A stretch of 32,537 nucleotides of DNA from an uncultured Gammaproteobacteria bacterium (GTDB lineage: Bacteria; Patescibacteriota; Microgenomatia; UBA10105; UBA927), in assembly GCA_964358845.1 (NCBI GenBank), contig CAYHQC010000002.1, positions 1 to 32,537 of the forward strand, in the 5' to 3' direction. Made by a program: the position numbers and the translations under genes. Below, in pieces: positions 8,884-17,900 of this stretch; the first letter of the stretch is position 1, and the number at the start of each line of letters is the position of its first letter. The notes under the pieces were generated by a model. It worked only from the letters and a program-made list of their open reading frames with translations, was not told the DNA's origin and ran no database searches.

Positions 8884-9692
8884 AAATTTCCGTCCGGATA
8901 TAATGCTTCCATTTCTTCTTTAGTCGGTGGCTTATACTGTGACGATATCTGATTGATATGTGCTGACACTCCGCCTTTACCTTTAATTGTATGTGCAATG
9001 ATTACAGTCGGCTTATTTTTTTTATGCGGAAGCTTTGAAAATGTAGCAATAATCTCTTTAAAATCATGTCCGTCTTTCACTTCTAATGGTGACCAGCCGA
9101 ATGCCTTCCACTTGGCTGAAAATGGCTCCAAACTCAGGATATCCTTCGTATACCCAAACCCCTGCAACTTATTATAATCAACCACCACAGTTAAGTTATC
9201 CAATTTATGATGACCTGCAAAAAGAATTGCTTCCCATGTGCTTCCTTCATCACACTCCCCATCAGAAAGTACGGCAAACACACGAAAATCTTTTTTTGCA
9301 AGTTTAGCAGCAAGTGCCATCCCGCACGCCATAGACAAGCCATGACCTAATGATCCGGCGGAAACTTCTACTCCAGGGACACAATGACGTGTTGAATGAC
9401 CAGGAAGCAAACCGTCATTCTGTTCGTACCCTTTCAATACTTCCTCATCAAAAAAACCCCGTCGGCACAACACTGAAAATAATACCTTGCCGTCATGCGC
9501 CTTACTAAAAACCAATCGGTCTCTGTCCGCACCTTCTGGATTTTCAGGATTAAGTCGTAAAATTTTGAAATAGAGAGCAACGAGAATTTCTACACACGAA
9601 AGAGCTCCTCCCACATGAGCACTTTTTGCATTATAGCTCATGCGTAGTATGTCTTTGCGCACCGTCAATGCAATAGTATTAAGATCTTGCAT
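8880..9692 (-). CDS. transketolase, N-terminal (ThDP-binding) subunit
   Basis: 270 aa with HVGGALS, GSLGHGLSMACGMA and the ThDP motif LSDGECDEGSTWEA...VDYN. Confidence 0.85.
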   Translation of the reverse strand: MQDLNTIALTVRKDILRMSYNAKSAHVGGALSCVEILVALYFKILRLNPENPEGADRDRLVFSKAHDGKVLFSVLCRRGFFDEEVLKGYEQNDGLLPGHSTRHCVPGVEVSAGSLGHGLSMACGMALAAKLAKKDFRVFAVLSDGECDEGSTWEAILFAGHHKLDNLTVVVDYNKLQGFGYTKDILSLEPFSAKWKAFGWSPLEVKDGHDFKEIIATFSKLPHKKNKPTVIIAHTIKGKGGVSAHINQISSQYKPPTKEEMEALYPDGNL

Positions 9693-10701
9693 ATGGTCTA
9701 TTATAGAGTATTACCCGCAACTCCGAAATCGTATAGACGATCACCTCCCAAAAACAAACAAAGGGATGGAAAAACCAAGAAATATGCGGATGCCGCAAAA
9801 ATCCTACGACACTAAATAGCAGCATCGGAACGACAGTTACGCTGAACACCATATATATTACAAGACGCATGATATCAGCAAGGCTATGCCTATTAAACAC
9901 TAGGTACAACCGCCTCATTAAGGATCGGTCTGTAAACATTTCCTTATATTCTACTCGCTTAGCAAGCGCTTTATAGATATTATTATCCGGACAATTATCA
10001 TGAATAATAGTATTTTTTACCACACCGTAGGTGTCATAATGTTTTACAGCCATCTGATAAAACGCATCGACATGAACAAATCTGTTCGGATTCGTATTGA
10101 CTAAATCGATAACCTTTTTGCGTACCATATGGCCATTATCACCAAGGGTTGGAAGAGTTTGTGGAGTAAATTTCACAGACAGATAATTTTCTTTCTCATA
10201 TAACGTGTTTCCTAAAGAATATGATTTTTTGTAAATAAGATTTTTTTCTGATTTGCCAAGATATAATAATATCGGATCATTTGCGCCGATAAGTGCAAAA
10301 TACGTAGAAAGCGCACTCATGCCCGAAGAATACGCATTGTGCATACTATACGAACCAACGATATCTCTATCCTTAAATGGCTCAACCATTCGGGCCAACC
10401 AATCGGTTGAAGTCATGATATTGTCCGGTTCCAAAAAAAGAATAATCTCGCCTTTGCTCTTTTGTATGCCGATGCTCATCCGTTTTTGAGACAAATGAAG
10501 AAGATCCTTCCTGACAATAACAGTACAACCATATGATTTTGCCAAATCAATGGATCCGTTTGTTGACCCAGCATCCATAATAATATGCTGAATCAATTTT
10601 TTAGGGTACTTCTGCGAAGCTATAGCCTTTAGACATTTTTCCCAAAGAGGAAACGGCGTGTTGTACGAACAGGTAATAATCGATACGCTAGGAAGATTCA
10701 T
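9679..10701 (-). CDS. GT2-family glycosyltransferase with C-terminal TM segments
   Basis: VSIITCSYNTP, MDAGSTNGS and EPDN (a DxD-like motif). Hydrophobic C-terminus. Paralogue of 24120..25199. Confidence 0.8.
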   Translation of the reverse strand: MNLPSVSIITCSYNTPFPLWEKCLKAIASQKYPKKLIQHIIMDAGSTNGSIDLAKSYGCTVIVRKDLLHLSQKRMSIGIQKSKGEIILFLEPDNIMTSTDWLARMVEPFKDRDIVGSYSMHNAYSSGMSALSTYFALIGANDPILLYLGKSEKNLIYKKSYSLGNTLYEKENYLSVKFTPQTLPTLGDNGHMVRKKVIDLVNTNPNRFVHVDAFYQMAVKHYDTYGVVKNTIIHDNCPDNNIYKALAKRVEYKEMFTDRSLMRRLYLVFNRHSLADIMRLVIYMVFSVTVVPMLLFSVVGFLRHPHISWFFHPFVCFWEVIVYTISELRVILYNRPYARS

Positions 10702-10704
10702 ACA

Positions 10705-11352
10705 TTATACATACCTATACGCCATAACAAGACTCGCGCGCGAATATGACCCAATAAGTTTTTCATCTTCTTCCCACATCACTTCATCATTATCGATTAT
10801 TTTGCGAAGTGGAATACGTGAAATACGTTGAAATCCTACTCGCTCATACAGAGAAACAGCTTTGTTATTATCCTCAAAAACCCGCAACGTCATCTTCTTC
10901 AGCCGAAATTCTTTTCGGGCCCATCCCATCAATGCCTGCGTTACATACGTCATAACACCGATCGGGCCATCTTTTCCCCGCAATACGTTATCAAGCTCGC
11001 ATGAATGTGCACGATAATCAAAACGGTACAACCCGATATGACCAATAGTAACGCCATTGCTAGTGATTAGAAACAATAATCTATCTTCCGTGTCAATCAC
11101 TCCTTTTTCTAACCATCGCTTTGTCCCTTCAATCGTTACGTTAAATTGCTTCGGAAACCACCACTCAAATCGCTTCCTCCATGTTGCACATAAGGAAACA
11201 ATTTCTTTATCCTCCACCTGACTTGCCACAATAAGCTCCAAATTTGCCACTATTTCATCTGATCTGTTTCGGACGGGAAGAATCAACCGCTTGGAGTATG
11301 AAGCATGTTTGAGCTGAAAAATAATTGAAATTATACCCTTTTTAGTAGTCAT
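10705..11352 (-). CDS. GNAT-family N-acetyltransferase (PseH/RimL-like sugar N-acetyltransferase)
   Basis: The motif LRVFEDNNKAVSLYERVGFQ is typical of the GNAT acetyl-CoA site. Located directly downstream of a sugar aminotransferase. Confidence 0.75.
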   Translation of the reverse strand: MTTKKGIISIIFQLKHASYSKRLILPVRNRSDEIVANLELIVASQVEDKEIVSLCATWRKRFEWWFPKQFNVTIEGTKRWLEKGVIDTEDRLLFLITSNGVTIGHIGLYRFDYRAHSCELDNVLRGKDGPIGVMTYVTQALMGWARKEFRLKKMTLRVFEDNNKAVSLYERVGFQRISRIPLRKIIDNDEVMWEEDEKLIGSYSRASLVMAYRYV

Positions 11353-11357
11353 CTAAT

Positions 11358-12515
11358 TTACGAAACGCCAAGCACATCAAGAACGGATTTTGCGATATAG
11401 TCGACTTCTTTTTCTGTTATCTGCAGACCACTTGGTAAGTTAATTCCCTGAAGTCCAATGTGATGAGCGATTGGGGTGTTCTGTTCTGTGTACATCGGAA
11501 ACATGCTGATCGGATAAAAAAACGGACGGGTATCGATTTTTCGCTTTTTGAGAGCCTCCCTCAAATCATCGCGTTGTATACCAATATCCTTATCCATAAT
11601 GATTGATGACATCCAACGATTGCTTTTCGTACCAGGACGTTCGAAATTTAATGATAAACCATCAACGTAGCGCAATCGTTTTTCATACCAGTCAAATATC
11701 TGCCGCTTCTTGGCAACAAATTCATCTATCCGTTCCAATTGAGCCAATCCTAAAGCTGCCTGCAAATTAGACATTTCAAACTCATACCCGACACTCGTCT
11801 GCCAAAATTTTCTATAATTCTTTGCTTCTCCGTGATCGTTAAGATATACTGCCTTTTCAAATAAAGCATCATCATTAGTCACCAACATGCCACCAACACC
11901 GGTAACCATAATTTTCGCACCTTGAAAACTGAATGCCCCAAATTCTCCGAAACTTCCCGGTTTTTTATTTTTATATTCTGCGCCAATTGCAGGACACGCA
12001 TCTTCGACTACTTTTAGCTTATGTTTTTTTGCTATATCCATGATTTCATCCATTTCTGCCGGATTACCATAGATATGTACAGGCATAATGGCTTTCGTTT
12101 TAGATGTGATTGCATTCTTTAGAGCTTTTGGATCCATACACCATGTATCTTTTAACACGTCGACAAATACAGGTTTAGCCCCAAGAAGCACAACAACATC
12201 AGAACAGGCAAAATACGTAATCTCCGGAATAATAACTTCATCCCCAGGTCCGATGCCAAGTGTAGCTAAACCTAACCAAAGCGCCCCCGTCCCACCGGAT
12301 GTTGCTAAAGCATGTTTAACTCCAATATAGGAAGCAAATGCATATTCGAACTTATGTAAATAGTCAAATGCATGTTCGTTCCATCCATTTGACACTGCAT
12401 CAAGCACATAGGAAATTTCCTTCTTACTGATAGAGGATCCTGCCGTCAGAATCATCTTTTCGGGAACAAATAACTTCTTCTGTTTATTATATTTTTTAGT
12501 CAACTGTTTTTTCAT
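11358..12515 (-). CDS. DegT/DnrJ/EryC1/StrS-family PLP-dependent sugar aminotransferase
   Basis: TSGGTGALWL, VEDACPAIGA and FSFQGAKIMVTGVGG. The catalytic Lys (K201) is retained, unlike in the two dehydrase paralogues in this window. Confidence 0.85.
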   Translation of the reverse strand: MKKQLTKKYNKQKKLFVPEKMILTAGSSISKKEISYVLDAVSNGWNEHAFDYLHKFEYAFASYIGVKHALATSGGTGALWLGLATLGIGPGDEVIIPEITYFACSDVVVLLGAKPVFVDVLKDTWCMDPKALKNAITSKTKAIMPVHIYGNPAEMDEIMDIAKKHKLKVVEDACPAIGAEYKNKKPGSFGEFGAFSFQGAKIMVTGVGGMLVTNDDALFEKAVYLNDHGEAKNYRKFWQTSVGYEFEMSNLQAALGLAQLERIDEFVAKKRQIFDWYEKRLRYVDGLSLNFERPGTKSNRWMSSIIMDKDIGIQRDDLREALKKRKIDTRPFFYPISMFPMYTEQNTPIAHHIGLQGINLPSGLQITEKEVDYIAKSVLDVLGVS

Positions 12516-12553
12516 AAATGGTAGTGTACAGGTTAAAATTTTATCGTCATTTA

Positions 12554-13537
12554 TTAAAACGGTTTATTTTGAGTGTACCAGCGAAGCGTTTCAAAAATAC
12601 TATTGGCAAACCGAGCTTCCGGCTTCCAGCCCATTGCAGATATTTTTGCATAATCTACGTGTTGATATGGTATTTCATTTTTTGCCGAATTTTCAATTAC
12701 ATAAGGAATTTTCTTGCTCGTAATTTTCCCGATATGTTTTATAAGATCCACAACGTTCATATTATCATCTGAAGAAAAGTTAAATATATCTCCTACCGCC
12801 TTGCCTAAATTTTGTAATAAAAATAAATACCCTGAAACAACATCCTTCACATAGACATAATCGCGAACATGTGTTCCATCACTTCGAAGTTTCAACACCT
12901 CTTTAGTTATCAACGTCTTCATAATGCCAGGAATAATTCTGCTAGCATTTAAATCACCAGGACCAAAAATATTCCCAAAACGGGTTACTACCACTGGAAC
13001 TCCATATGTTTTATAGTACGCCCTCGCAATAAGATCGGTAGCTGCTTTCGACACTTCATATGGATGATCTCCCAGAAGCGGATCAGTTTCTTTATACGCT
13101 TTAGTACTTTTTCCATATGCTTTATCAGAAGAAGCGACCAATACAGCTTTTACATGTGGAAATCTTCGAGCGGCATCCAAAATATTAGTCGTACCCATAA
13201 CATTTGTCTCTATCGTCTCGACAGGATCATGATATGCCGTAGTCACAATTGCTTGTGCGCCAAGATGAAATATATAGTCAATCTCATGCTTCACGACAAT
13301 ATTGAAAATTCTTGGGTTATCACGAAGATCCCCAGACACCATAATAACCATATCTGAAAGTTTTCGTGTCGCAAAATACGAGCGGGGATCTAAACTACGA
13401 AATGGAACAATCACTTTGGCTCCTTTGTCTACCAAAGCTTCAACCAAATGGCTGCCCACAAATCCCGTCCCGCCGGTCACCAAAATACTTTTACCCTTTA
13501 GTCCTTCCATACCTTCCACAATGGCCCTTCCTGCCAA
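12554..13537 (-). CDS. NDP-hexose 4,6-dehydratase, CDP-glucose 4,6-dehydratase (RfbG)-like SDR
   Basis: GxxGxxG (VTGGTGFVGS), FHLGAQAIVTTAYHDPVETIETNVMGT, SSDKAYG, YEVSK and GNIFGPGDLNASRIIPG, resembling RfbG. Immediately downstream of RfbF. An alternative start at 13510 is possible. Confidence 0.68.
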   Translation of the reverse strand: MAGRAIVEGMEGLKGKSILVTGGTGFVGSHLVEALVDKGAKVIVPFRSLDPRSYFATRKLSDMVIMVSGDLRDNPRIFNIVVKHEIDYIFHLGAQAIVTTAYHDPVETIETNVMGTTNILDAARRFPHVKAVLVASSDKAYGKSTKAYKETDPLLGDHPYEVSKAATDLIARAYYKTYGVPVVVTRFGNIFGPGDLNASRIIPGIMKTLITKEVLKLRSDGTHVRDYVYVKDVVSGYLFLLQNLGKAVGDIFNFSSDDNMNVVDLIKHIGKITSKKIPYVIENSAKNEIPYQHVDYAKISAMGWKPEARFANSIFETLRWYTQNKPF

Positions 13538-14283
13538 TATTTATTGAGATTCTCTACATCTGAATACGTGTCCATTGAGTGCCAAAATCCATCATGGAGA
13601 TACACAGAGAGTTGCTTATGTTCAATCAACCGTTTTATCGAAGAATGCTCATATTCTCCAGGTCGCAAATAATCAAAAAAATTCTTTTTAAAAACCATGA
13701 ATCCACCATTTACTCTTCCGCTTAATACTGGCTTCTCCACAAACTTTGTTACCACATTATCTTGGTTTATCCGCAGCAAACCGTATTTACTTCTCGGATA
13801 TACACCTGTAATCGTGCCTATTGTCTTTTGTTTTCTATGAAAAGACACCAAGTCTTTCATATTAACATCACCTACACCATCGCCATAGGTCACCATAAAA
13901 TCTTCATCCTCATCAGGTATGTAATCTTTACATCGAAGTATTCTCTCTCCGGGTAACGTTTCCTGACCAGTATCAACGAAAGTTATTTTAAAATCATCGA
14001 TTAATTTTCCGTCTGTCTTGTCCCTATGTATTTTTGTAACACTTGTTTTCAAATGAAGCGTAAAATCGTGAAGGAAATATTTTTGATTTAAAAAATAATC
14101 CTTGATGTAGTCACCCTTATAACCTAATGCAATAATAAATTCGTTAAACCCATGGTGGGCATAAATTTTCATGATATGCCACAACATAGGTTTGCCCCCT
14201 ATCAAAACCATAGGTTTAGGTTTAAATTCTGTCTCTTCTTTCAATCTATATCCTAATCCACCGCAAAGAATAATTGTTTTCAT
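13498..14283 (-). CDS. rfbF: glucose-1-phosphate cytidylyltransferase
   Basis: MKTIILCGGLGYRLKEETEFKPKPMVLIGGKPMLWHIMKIYAHHGFNEFIIALGYKG closely matches the RfbF N-terminus. Start trimmed to the ATG at 14283; the ORF extends to 14298. Confidence 0.85.
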   Translation of the reverse strand: MKTIILCGGLGYRLKEETEFKPKPMVLIGGKPMLWHIMKIYAHHGFNEFIIALGYKGDYIKDYFLNQKYFLHDFTLHLKTSVTKIHRDKTDGKLIDDFKITFVDTGQETLPGERILRCKDYIPDEDEDFMVTYGDGVGDVNMKDLVSFHRKQKTIGTITGVYPRSKYGLLRINQDNVVTKFVEKPVLSGRVNGGFMVFKKNFFDYLRPGEYEHSSIKRLIEHKQLSVYLHDGFWHSMDTYSDVENLNKYWQEGPLWKVWKD

Positions 14284-14304
14284 ACTAATACAACCCATTA
14301 TATG

Positions 14305-15279
14305 TTACTTTGTAGGCAAAAACAAAAAACTCTCTAACATCCAATAGCTTTCGTAATACACAAGAAATATACTCAAGAATGGCAACGCAATAATTCGCAC
14401 ATCTCTCCTTGAGATTGGATTTAGATACATTGCATACATAGACGTAAAAGCAAAAATAAACATAAGGATCCAGTTAATAGGAAAAAAGCCAATGATGGAT
14501 AAAATAACTAACATCGGTTTTACTGCAAATACCGCAGCGCCAAAACCCAAATTTCTCCATTGTATTCTCATAAATCTTCCGTATGAGCGAGCAAGTAATT
14601 TTCTATTTAAAATCCATTGAGAAAAACCATACGATGGATCTAACGAATGAAGGTGTATCACACGGGCTTCAGAACATACGACTGGCCCAGCTTTGTTTAA
14701 TCGAACATGCAGGTCGCCATCTTCTCCTCCTATAAAAATATCATGACCATAATGGACATCATCAAATCCACCGATTTCTTCAAATACATCTTTTTTTAAA
14801 CAATCAAATTTTCCATTCAAACCTGCTTTTTCTTTCCCTACACTTGTTGCAAGTAAACATTTTTCCCAAAAAGGAAATTTTTCCCAAACTTCTCTTGGAG
14901 TGATAATGTATGAATACGTTGCCACAATAGCGGGATTACTACACATAGGTTCGATCAACCGATTAAATTCATTCTTTGTTGGTAAAACACTATCAGAATG
15001 CATACACACAACATATGAAGTTTTCGCACATTTAATTCCGGTATTATAACTAGTCCCAACACCACGATTAACTTTGTTTGTTAGTAATCGAATCGAAATT
15101 TTTCTATTTGTGCGCTGAAACTCCTTAACTTTAATCACACTATCATCATCAGATGCGTTATCTATGATAATTATTTCAGCTATAGGATACTTTTGTTCAA
15201 AAATACTTTTTAACGTAAGTAAAATAGTAGAAAAAGAATTCAGCATTGGCACGACTACACTTACTGTCGGTTGTTTCAT
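14305..15279 (-). CDS. GT2-family glycosyltransferase with C-terminal TM segments
   Basis: VSVVVPMLNS, IIIIDNASDDDS and GGEDGDL. Hydrophobic C-terminal third. Confidence 0.8.
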   Translation of the reverse strand: MKQPTVSVVVPMLNSFSTILLTLKSIFEQKYPIAEIIIIDNASDDDSVIKVKEFQRTNRKISIRLLTNKVNRGVGTSYNTGIKCAKTSYVVCMHSDSVLPTKNEFNRLIEPMCSNPAIVATYSYIITPREVWEKFPFWEKCLLATSVGKEKAGLNGKFDCLKKDVFEEIGGFDDVHYGHDIFIGGEDGDLHVRLNKAGPVVCSEARVIHLHSLDPSYGFSQWILNRKLLARSYGRFMRIQWRNLGFGAAVFAVKPMLVILSIIGFFPINWILMFIFAFTSMYAMYLNPISRRDVRIIALPFLSIFLVYYESYWMLESFLFLPTK

Positions 15280-16382
15280 ATAATTTCTAACGCTTGAAAA
15301 GCGTTCTTATAATACTTCTCAAATTCAAAATATTTAGAAAACATATACAGCCCGTTCTGATAAAAATCATATTTCTCTCTAATCATGTCAAGTACTATCG
15401 GCATACCAGAGACCTCATTCATCACCTCTCCTGCATCATATTTTTTAATATATTGAACAATTGCTGACGTATTGGTCATCACGACAGGCAAACCCATCTC
15501 AATATAGGTTTTTATTTTTCCAGGATCTGTGTAGTGTGTGGCGGTATTGACGCCCTTTTCATATAACGCAATGCCAACATGATGAACTTTTGCTATGTTT
15601 TTCAATTCATCGTCATCCACAAATCTATTGGGAAACCATACGCGATCAGAAATCTTATATTTTATTAATAAAGAATTATACTTCTCAAAAAGATTTTTTT
15701 CACACACACCAATAATTGATAATTCTACTTTTGGAGTATTTTTAACAAACAGTAATAAATCCTCAATACCCTGAGATGGCCGTATGACGCCTACAAATAA
15801 CAATTTAAACGGTGAAGTAATTTGCTTTTTTGATCCCGTATATGGCTTTACTCCCCACATAATTGTTTTTTTATTCGCAAGTGTAACGACCTTGCCATTA
15901 AAAATTTTATTAATTCTGTCACTTAAATAGTACGTGTACGGAATTCGGTCATGATAATATTTTTTAAGTTTTTCAAACAGAATGAGCGACCAATGCACTG
16001 GAGGAAAATAGTCTCCTATCCAATATGCATACTCCACACTTCGCAATAATTTCATCACACTCATACCGATAAATGCTACAGGATGTCCGCCAAATACCAA
16101 CACATGCTCTAAGCGTGAAAAATACTGCAGCAGAAAAAGATTATGGTGATACCACCATAAGAAATAATAGAAAAATATATTTGTTGACGAACCGACGTTA
16201 TGCTCTTGCCTTAATATGCCTTTGTCATACACACGCAGCTCATTGGCACCACCATTTAGTCTCGGCATGATAATGTATATCACAAGTTTTTTGGTGTGTT
16301 TGATAAAGTAATCCATCGTATGCCCGACACTTTGTAAACTGCCGTACATAAATATGGTGTCGTATCGAGGTGTAGCTTTCAT
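15276..16382 (-). CDS. GT-B fold (GT4-like) glycosyltransferase; paralogue of 17901..19076
   Basis: C-terminal Rossmann half FKLLFVGV...GIEDLL...DPGKIKTYIEMGLPVVMT. The N-terminal half is colinear with the 391-aa protein. Confidence 0.6.
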   Translation of the reverse strand: MKATPRYDTIFMYGSLQSVGHTMDYFIKHTKKLVIYIIMPRLNGGANELRVYDKGILRQEHNVGSSTNIFFYYFLWWYHHNLFLLQYFSRLEHVLVFGGHPVAFIGMSVMKLLRSVEYAYWIGDYFPPVHWSLILFEKLKKYYHDRIPYTYYLSDRINKIFNGKVVTLANKKTIMWGVKPYTGSKKQITSPFKLLFVGVIRPSQGIEDLLLFVKNTPKVELSIIGVCEKNLFEKYNSLLIKYKISDRVWFPNRFVDDDELKNIAKVHHVGIALYEKGVNTATHYTDPGKIKTYIEMGLPVVMTNTSAIVQYIKKYDAGEVMNEVSGMPIVLDMIREKYDFYQNGLYMFSKYFEFEKYYKNAFQALEII

Positions 16383-17254
16383 TTCTTTTTAAGAACGCTA
16401 ACAATATTACTTGCTCCGTAGGAAAAACGACTAAAGTATTCATCTACCTTTTCTGCCCTTTTGTCCCATCGCGAATCTTTCGTAAGCATTTTAAACGCTA
16501 AACAAACTATCTTTCCCAAACTCCCCGTATAATATGTCTTCATTTCTCTAAACCTATGAAAGCCTTCAAGAATGTTTGCTCTCGTATACCGCCGTAGGTG
16601 ACCAATTCTTCTGTCATGAAGTATGTTTACCGGCCAAAGAAACGGCCAAACATACTGCAATTGAATTGGCATAGCGAGCATGAGTGATGCGCCATATTTG
16701 AGTACGCGCTCAATTTCTTTAATTGCTTTCTTTTCATGTGGGAGATGTTCAAGTATCGCATTTGCCACCATCCCATCGGCGACACCAGTTTTTATCGGTA
16801 GATCCTCTGAACTGGCGCACACAAGCAAAATCTTTCGCTCCAATTTCAATTGCAATATATTTGCCTTTAGTTTCACCAGCTCTGCAAACGTCAAGTCAGT
16901 CGCGATAATATTAAACCCGAGCTTTGCTAACTCTATAGCCATATATCCGCTTCCTGTCGCATTATCAATAATGAGAGAATTTTTTTTATACTTGTTATGT
17001 GATAAAAAGGTATCTACATATCTTTTTTGCCATGGCTCTAACACGTAGGAAATTCTCGTCTGATCTTCTTTTTCAAAATATTTCACCTGATTTCGTAAGT
17101 GCGTAGGTAATGTGGAAAGATCAACAAGTATTGGTATTCCGTTTGAAATACTATATTTCTTCTTACATTTCTTGCAATACAGGCTTTTTGGCTTGGAACC
17201 AAGTGCTAGTTTACACACTGGACAACAAAGATATTTTAAGAGCGGATGATTCAT
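16379..17254 (-). CDS. Trm112-like zinc-ribbon fused to a class I SAM-dependent methyltransferase
   Basis: N-terminal CCPVCK...CKKCKKKYSISNGIPILV (a four-Cys ribbon), then the SAM motif IIDNATGSGYMAIELAKLGFNIIATD and ANAILEHLP. Confidence 0.75.
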   Translation of the reverse strand: MNHPLLKYLCCPVCKLALGSKPKSLYCKKCKKKYSISNGIPILVDLSTLPTHLRNQVKYFEKEDQTRISYVLEPWQKRYVDTFLSHNKYKKNSLIIDNATGSGYMAIELAKLGFNIIATDLTFAELVKLKANILQLKLERKILLVCASSEDLPIKTGVADGMVANAILEHLPHEKKAIKEIERVLKYGASLMLAMPIQLQYVWPFLWPVNILHDRRIGHLRRYTRANILEGFHRFREMKTYYTGSLGKIVCLAFKMLTKDSRWDKRAEKVDEYFSRFSYGASNIVSVLKKK

Positions 17255-17396
17255 ACTCTAATAGACGCGTCAGCTTCCTTCTGTGTTCGTAGTATATCGT
17301 TTCCCTGATTGAATCACCACTCGGAAGCTACTAGCGTACCGCCAAATAACATTCACTATTTGTTAAACCTCCATTTTACTGATGCAGTACCACTAC

Positions 17397-17422
17397 ACTT
17401 TCATTTATCGATAAATGAAAGT
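17397..17422. promoter_or_regulatory. perfect 26-bp palindrome ACTTTCATTTATCGATAAATGAAAGT (operator-like site 2)
   Basis: Read directly. It is self-complementary over all 26 nt. It lies 1 nt beyond the stop codon of the TrpR-like gene, at the upstream end of the 169-nt gap preceding the 16379..17254 operon. Identical to the core of 17814..17843. Confidence 0.6.
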
Positions 17423-17423
17423 A

Positions 17424-17807
17424 TTACTTATGATAGCGCCGAAGATTGTAAGCGAGTGTTTTTACTACCTTTTTCCAAAAATCTTCCATCTCCTCGCTAT
17501 ACATGCGTTTTTGAAGAAGCTTTTTTGTACTTTCTCCACCCTTATCCAACCATTCTGACACACGATTAATAGTAGAGGTGCTTACATGTAAAATATATAC
17601 AATATCTTCGTAGTTAAATTGCTTATGAAGCATCATTGCAACCGCGAGACGTTTGGCAAACATAACCCGTTCTGTCTTTGTAAAAAAATCGTAGTAAAAC
17701 GCTTTGACATCTTGCGGATTACGAATAGATTGAAGTACCCAGAGAAAATCATCTCTGATCGAATAATATACATCTTTATCAACCGGTCTTTTTGAAAGCT
17801 GTGTCAT
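17424..17807 (-). CDS. TrpR-related YerC/YecD-family DNA-binding protein
   Basis: 127 aa. FYYDFFTKTERVMFAKRLAVAMMLHKQFNYEDIVYILHVSTSTINRVSEWL follows the YerC pattern (FF.D..T..E...R...A.ML...Y.DI...STATI.RV). SD GAGG lies 4 nt upstream of the ATG. Confidence 0.7.
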   Translation of the reverse strand: MTQLSKRPVDKDVYYSIRDDFLWVLQSIRNPQDVKAFYYDFFTKTERVMFAKRLAVAMMLHKQFNYEDIVYILHVSTSTINRVSEWLDKGGESTKKLLQKRMYSEEMEDFWKKVVKTLAYNLRRYHK

Positions 17808-17813
17808 ATATCC

Positions 17814-17843
17814 TCACTTTCATTTATCGATAAATGAAAGTGA
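17814..17843. promoter_or_regulatory. perfect 30-bp palindrome TCACTTTCATTTATCGATAAATGAAAGTGA (operator-like site 1)
   Basis: Read directly. It starts 7 nt upstream of the TrpR-like ATG, overlaps the SD and the putative -10, and lies just downstream of a TTGACA -35. Confidence 0.65.
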
Positions 17844-17851
17844 AATGTCAA
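17823..17851 (-). promoter_or_regulatory. putative sigma70-type promoter of the TrpR-like gene
   Basis: Minus strand: consensus -35 TTGACA (17846-17851), 17-nt spacer, -10-like GATAAA (17823-17828) inside the palindrome. Confidence 0.45.
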
Positions 17852-17900
17852 GAGAGAGAAAATATAGATACACCGAAATATAATGTATGCATCAAACCCT

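Noticed and set aside
17272-17329. A 7-bp long-range complement (AGCTTCC / GGAAGCT) in the 169-nt leader, considered as a riboswitch or attenuator.
   Set aside because: It is a single short stem with no recognisable riboswitch core, and could arise by chance. Not supportable without covariation data.
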